Of a DNA stretch of 64,000 nt, positions 61,601 through 64,000 are shown piece after piece. The first letter of the stretch is position 1. Each line of letters begins with the position of its first letter. Position numbers and translations under genes: made by a program. The notes beneath the pieces were generated by a model. It saw nothing but the letters and a program-made list of their open reading frames with translations. It had not been told where the DNA came from and ran no database searches. Origin of the DNA: Lingula anatina (lineage: Eukaryota > Animalia > Brachiopoda). The stretch spans positions 6,270,954 to 6,334,953 of the forward strand of contig CM120644.1 in the NCBI GenBank assembly GCA_051362555.1. Reading direction: 5' to 3'.

Positions 61601-62524
61601 TCCTGCGTAGACTGTCACCATATGACACTGATGACAACCCAAAATCATTTCACCTGGAGAAGGCATTGTGGTATCATAGAAACGTCGTGTTTACGTTTCT
61701 AGGAAGGGTCCAGTATAGGAGTTTATTTTCGTCATCTAACTCCATTCATACTATAAGTGAACACAAAAATATTTTTTTTTACACCTGATCAATTAGTGAT
61801 TTGCTTTAAACCTTCAACTATAATGTCATCTTCTAAAATTCCTAGATGAACGATTGTTTAAATATTTTTTTACGTTAGTTTTACATTGTTATCGTATGAA
61901 AGACTTTAATACCATTAAGATTTACGTTTGAAAAGCAGAAAACCAAAAATGACAAATATGAACATACCTTACTAGCCCCTTTGGCCATGAGGGACGTCTT
62001 CCCGCACCCGCTTTCTCCGCTTAGCACCAGTGGTTCCACCGAACTTCCCATGATATACTGGTGGATTTTCTCTACAGTCTCTTCACGTCCCTGGAACACT
62101 TTACAAAATGTCTCACAGGCGTGAAGATGCTGCAATACGTCACTATACACGCTATCGCTAGTCAACTGCTCGTGTCTATCCATCGCCTGGTCTACGAGCC
62201 GTATGATGTCATTGAAATAGTGCTCGCAGAACTCTTTTAAATATTCCGCGTGAGCCTCTTTGTCAATTCCTTCCTTTCCGCTCCATTCAACCTCAAATCT
62301 CGCGATATTTGAAGCCGGAAGTTTCTTTGGAATCTTTTCGTCCCGGAGAGCGTTCAGGTATTTCTGAGCCTCGTTGTCGACGCTTCTGGCGGCAATGTCA
62401 ACAAATTTTGAAGCAAATCGGAGAAGAGCTATGTTCACATTTTTGATATTGCGGATATATGCCAGGCAGTGTTCTTCTACATTTTCAGCCAATAAAAGGC
62501 CGTGCTGTATCTCTCGCTCTGTCA
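55607..62524 (-). CDS. NACHT and WD-repeat domain protein (NWD1/NWD2-like STAND ATPase), 3' eight exons; 5' part not found in this window
   Basis: Exons 62524-61968, 61470-61010, 60725-60057, 59752-58870, 58492-58356, 57749-57626, 57350-57129, 56890-55607, all GT-AG and in phase; Walker A GESGCGKTS, Walker B LVIFLDSLD, PPLLWTRLR..WYHRQF, many WD40 repeats; ends in CVIS*. Confidence 0.93.
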
Positions 62525-64000
62525 CTGAAATAACAATAAATATGAGTGAAAATATCAAGGTTCTAACACATAAATTAGGCAAAAAATATCCAGAAAAACA
62601 TAATCATTTACACCTCAAATAACTAAAAAACCTTCCAACACATCCATAGGGCCTCGGGTATCGATAAGTGGGCCTAAGTTGACCCCCGACATAGGTACCA
62701 CATACGGATATACCCCAAAATACTAAGGTTTGGGTTCACCCAACAACAGTGCCACGTGGGTAGGACTTTGGCCTCACGTAGACCTAGGAATAACCACGCA
62801 TCACGGGGAAACCTTTACCACGCCCAACTGAGAGCCATAGATAGGTCCAGAAAAGCCAAACCTTCACGTAGAGGTCCAAAGTGCATGTGGGTAATGACGT
62901 GTAGCACAGGTCATGTTCTAATAGCATGGGACGACTAAGCGTCGCTAATCGCCATCTCTCAAGCCGTAGGACGAATGGGAAAAAAAGCAACTTAAGAACT
63001 GGAAGTGCAAATGAACACAAAACCAGTAAAGCGTGTCATACGAACCGGTGTAATGACTATCAACACGCTAAATCCTTTTAGTCTTATCAAAGATGCGTAC
63101 CCGAAATGCACAAGCTCTATAAGACAACTGACAGATAAAAGGTATGGTCTGTTGAAAAATTGCTTCAACTGTTGTATGTGATCACTGGCCCTTTCAATAG
63201 GCGAAAGCGTGTTTCTTGTAAACTGAATCATCTCCAGTTTAGACACTCGTGCACTTGGTCCAACATATCTCTAGAAACGGACATTCCCATGTAAATGGAT
63301 TATGGATTCTTATACAAGCCAACAGCGTAATAAATGCTTTCCTCGGTGTAAGCTGGTCTACGTAAAAAGGTTCCTACAAGAGATTGCGTGTTGAATAAAC
63401 TGTTCATTTAGTCTTACGCGAGTCTTGGAAAACCGGATGCTTCCCATTGAAGACACGCCCCGGCGTTTAGTGGTTTGATAAAGTTCTTGGTAATTACCGT
63501 GATTAACAATTTGTTGTTCCTAGCAACACAGAGATTGGGTTAAAATGCACAGAAGTTGTCCATGCGGATAAGGCATAGTTGAGCGCAAACGGATTTCTCG
63601 GAAAATAAGTTTTGACTGATTTTTTTTTTTTTTTGCAGATTTCTGTGACGTTGATAAATTAAGATTCCATAGAACTCATAAGCTACACTGTACTTAATGT
63701 AAAAATCGACAGGAAATTTTCGTTTTATGAAAGGCAAATACTGATGTGACGTATTCAAATTATTCCGAAAACGTACTTATTAGTTTTTTGTAAGAGGCAT
63801 TCGTATAAATCATCAACTCAGGGCACTTATCCTTGAAGTAAATTAATTAAGGTGTTGATATCCATTGGTACAAAAAATGGTAAGACAACGACTGTTTTTA
63901 ATAATTACACTTACTTCAAAACAATGAAAAGCTACACTGGGAACGGCTGCGTAGGACTATACCATTTTTATAAAAACGATCTTGTACCTTTCGTCTATAT

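Noticed and set aside
62640-63945. Possible further NWD exon or TE remnants near the window end
   Set aside because: No ORF with a compatible donor or NWD similarity; repeat-like motifs too degenerate to delimit

Overview
AT-rich animal genomic DNA, most likely a mollusc or other marine invertebrate (inferred from gene content and repeat types). Six protein-coding genes can be reconstructed by hand. (1) ARL5 on the minus strand, 179 aa. (2) A small LAGE3/Pcc1 (KEOPS subunit) gene that the ORF track misses; it lies head-to-head with ARL5 and its first intron is U12-type. (3) SUGCT, a family-III CoA-transferase of 13 exons and 438 aa. (4, 5) Two single-coding-exon RING-Bbox-CC-NHL TRIM genes nested antisense in SUGCT intron 8. 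(6) The 3' part of a NACHT+WD40 (NWD-like) gene ending in a CaaX box. The best candidate novelty is in ARL5: two intact 84-nt copies of exon 4, separated by an intron that can fold into a long imperfect stem placing the 4a donor next to the 4b TACTAAC branch point. This suggests a structure-enforced mutually exclusive exon switch in a small GTPase, and decayed extra copies of exons 4 and 5 lie nearby. Other notable items are a strong local excess of TACTAGTA (probable transposon excision footprints), two Helentron-type elements carrying 146-bp satellite arrays, a nested TIR element and several MITEs. All calls come from manual reading; no database search or folding program was run.
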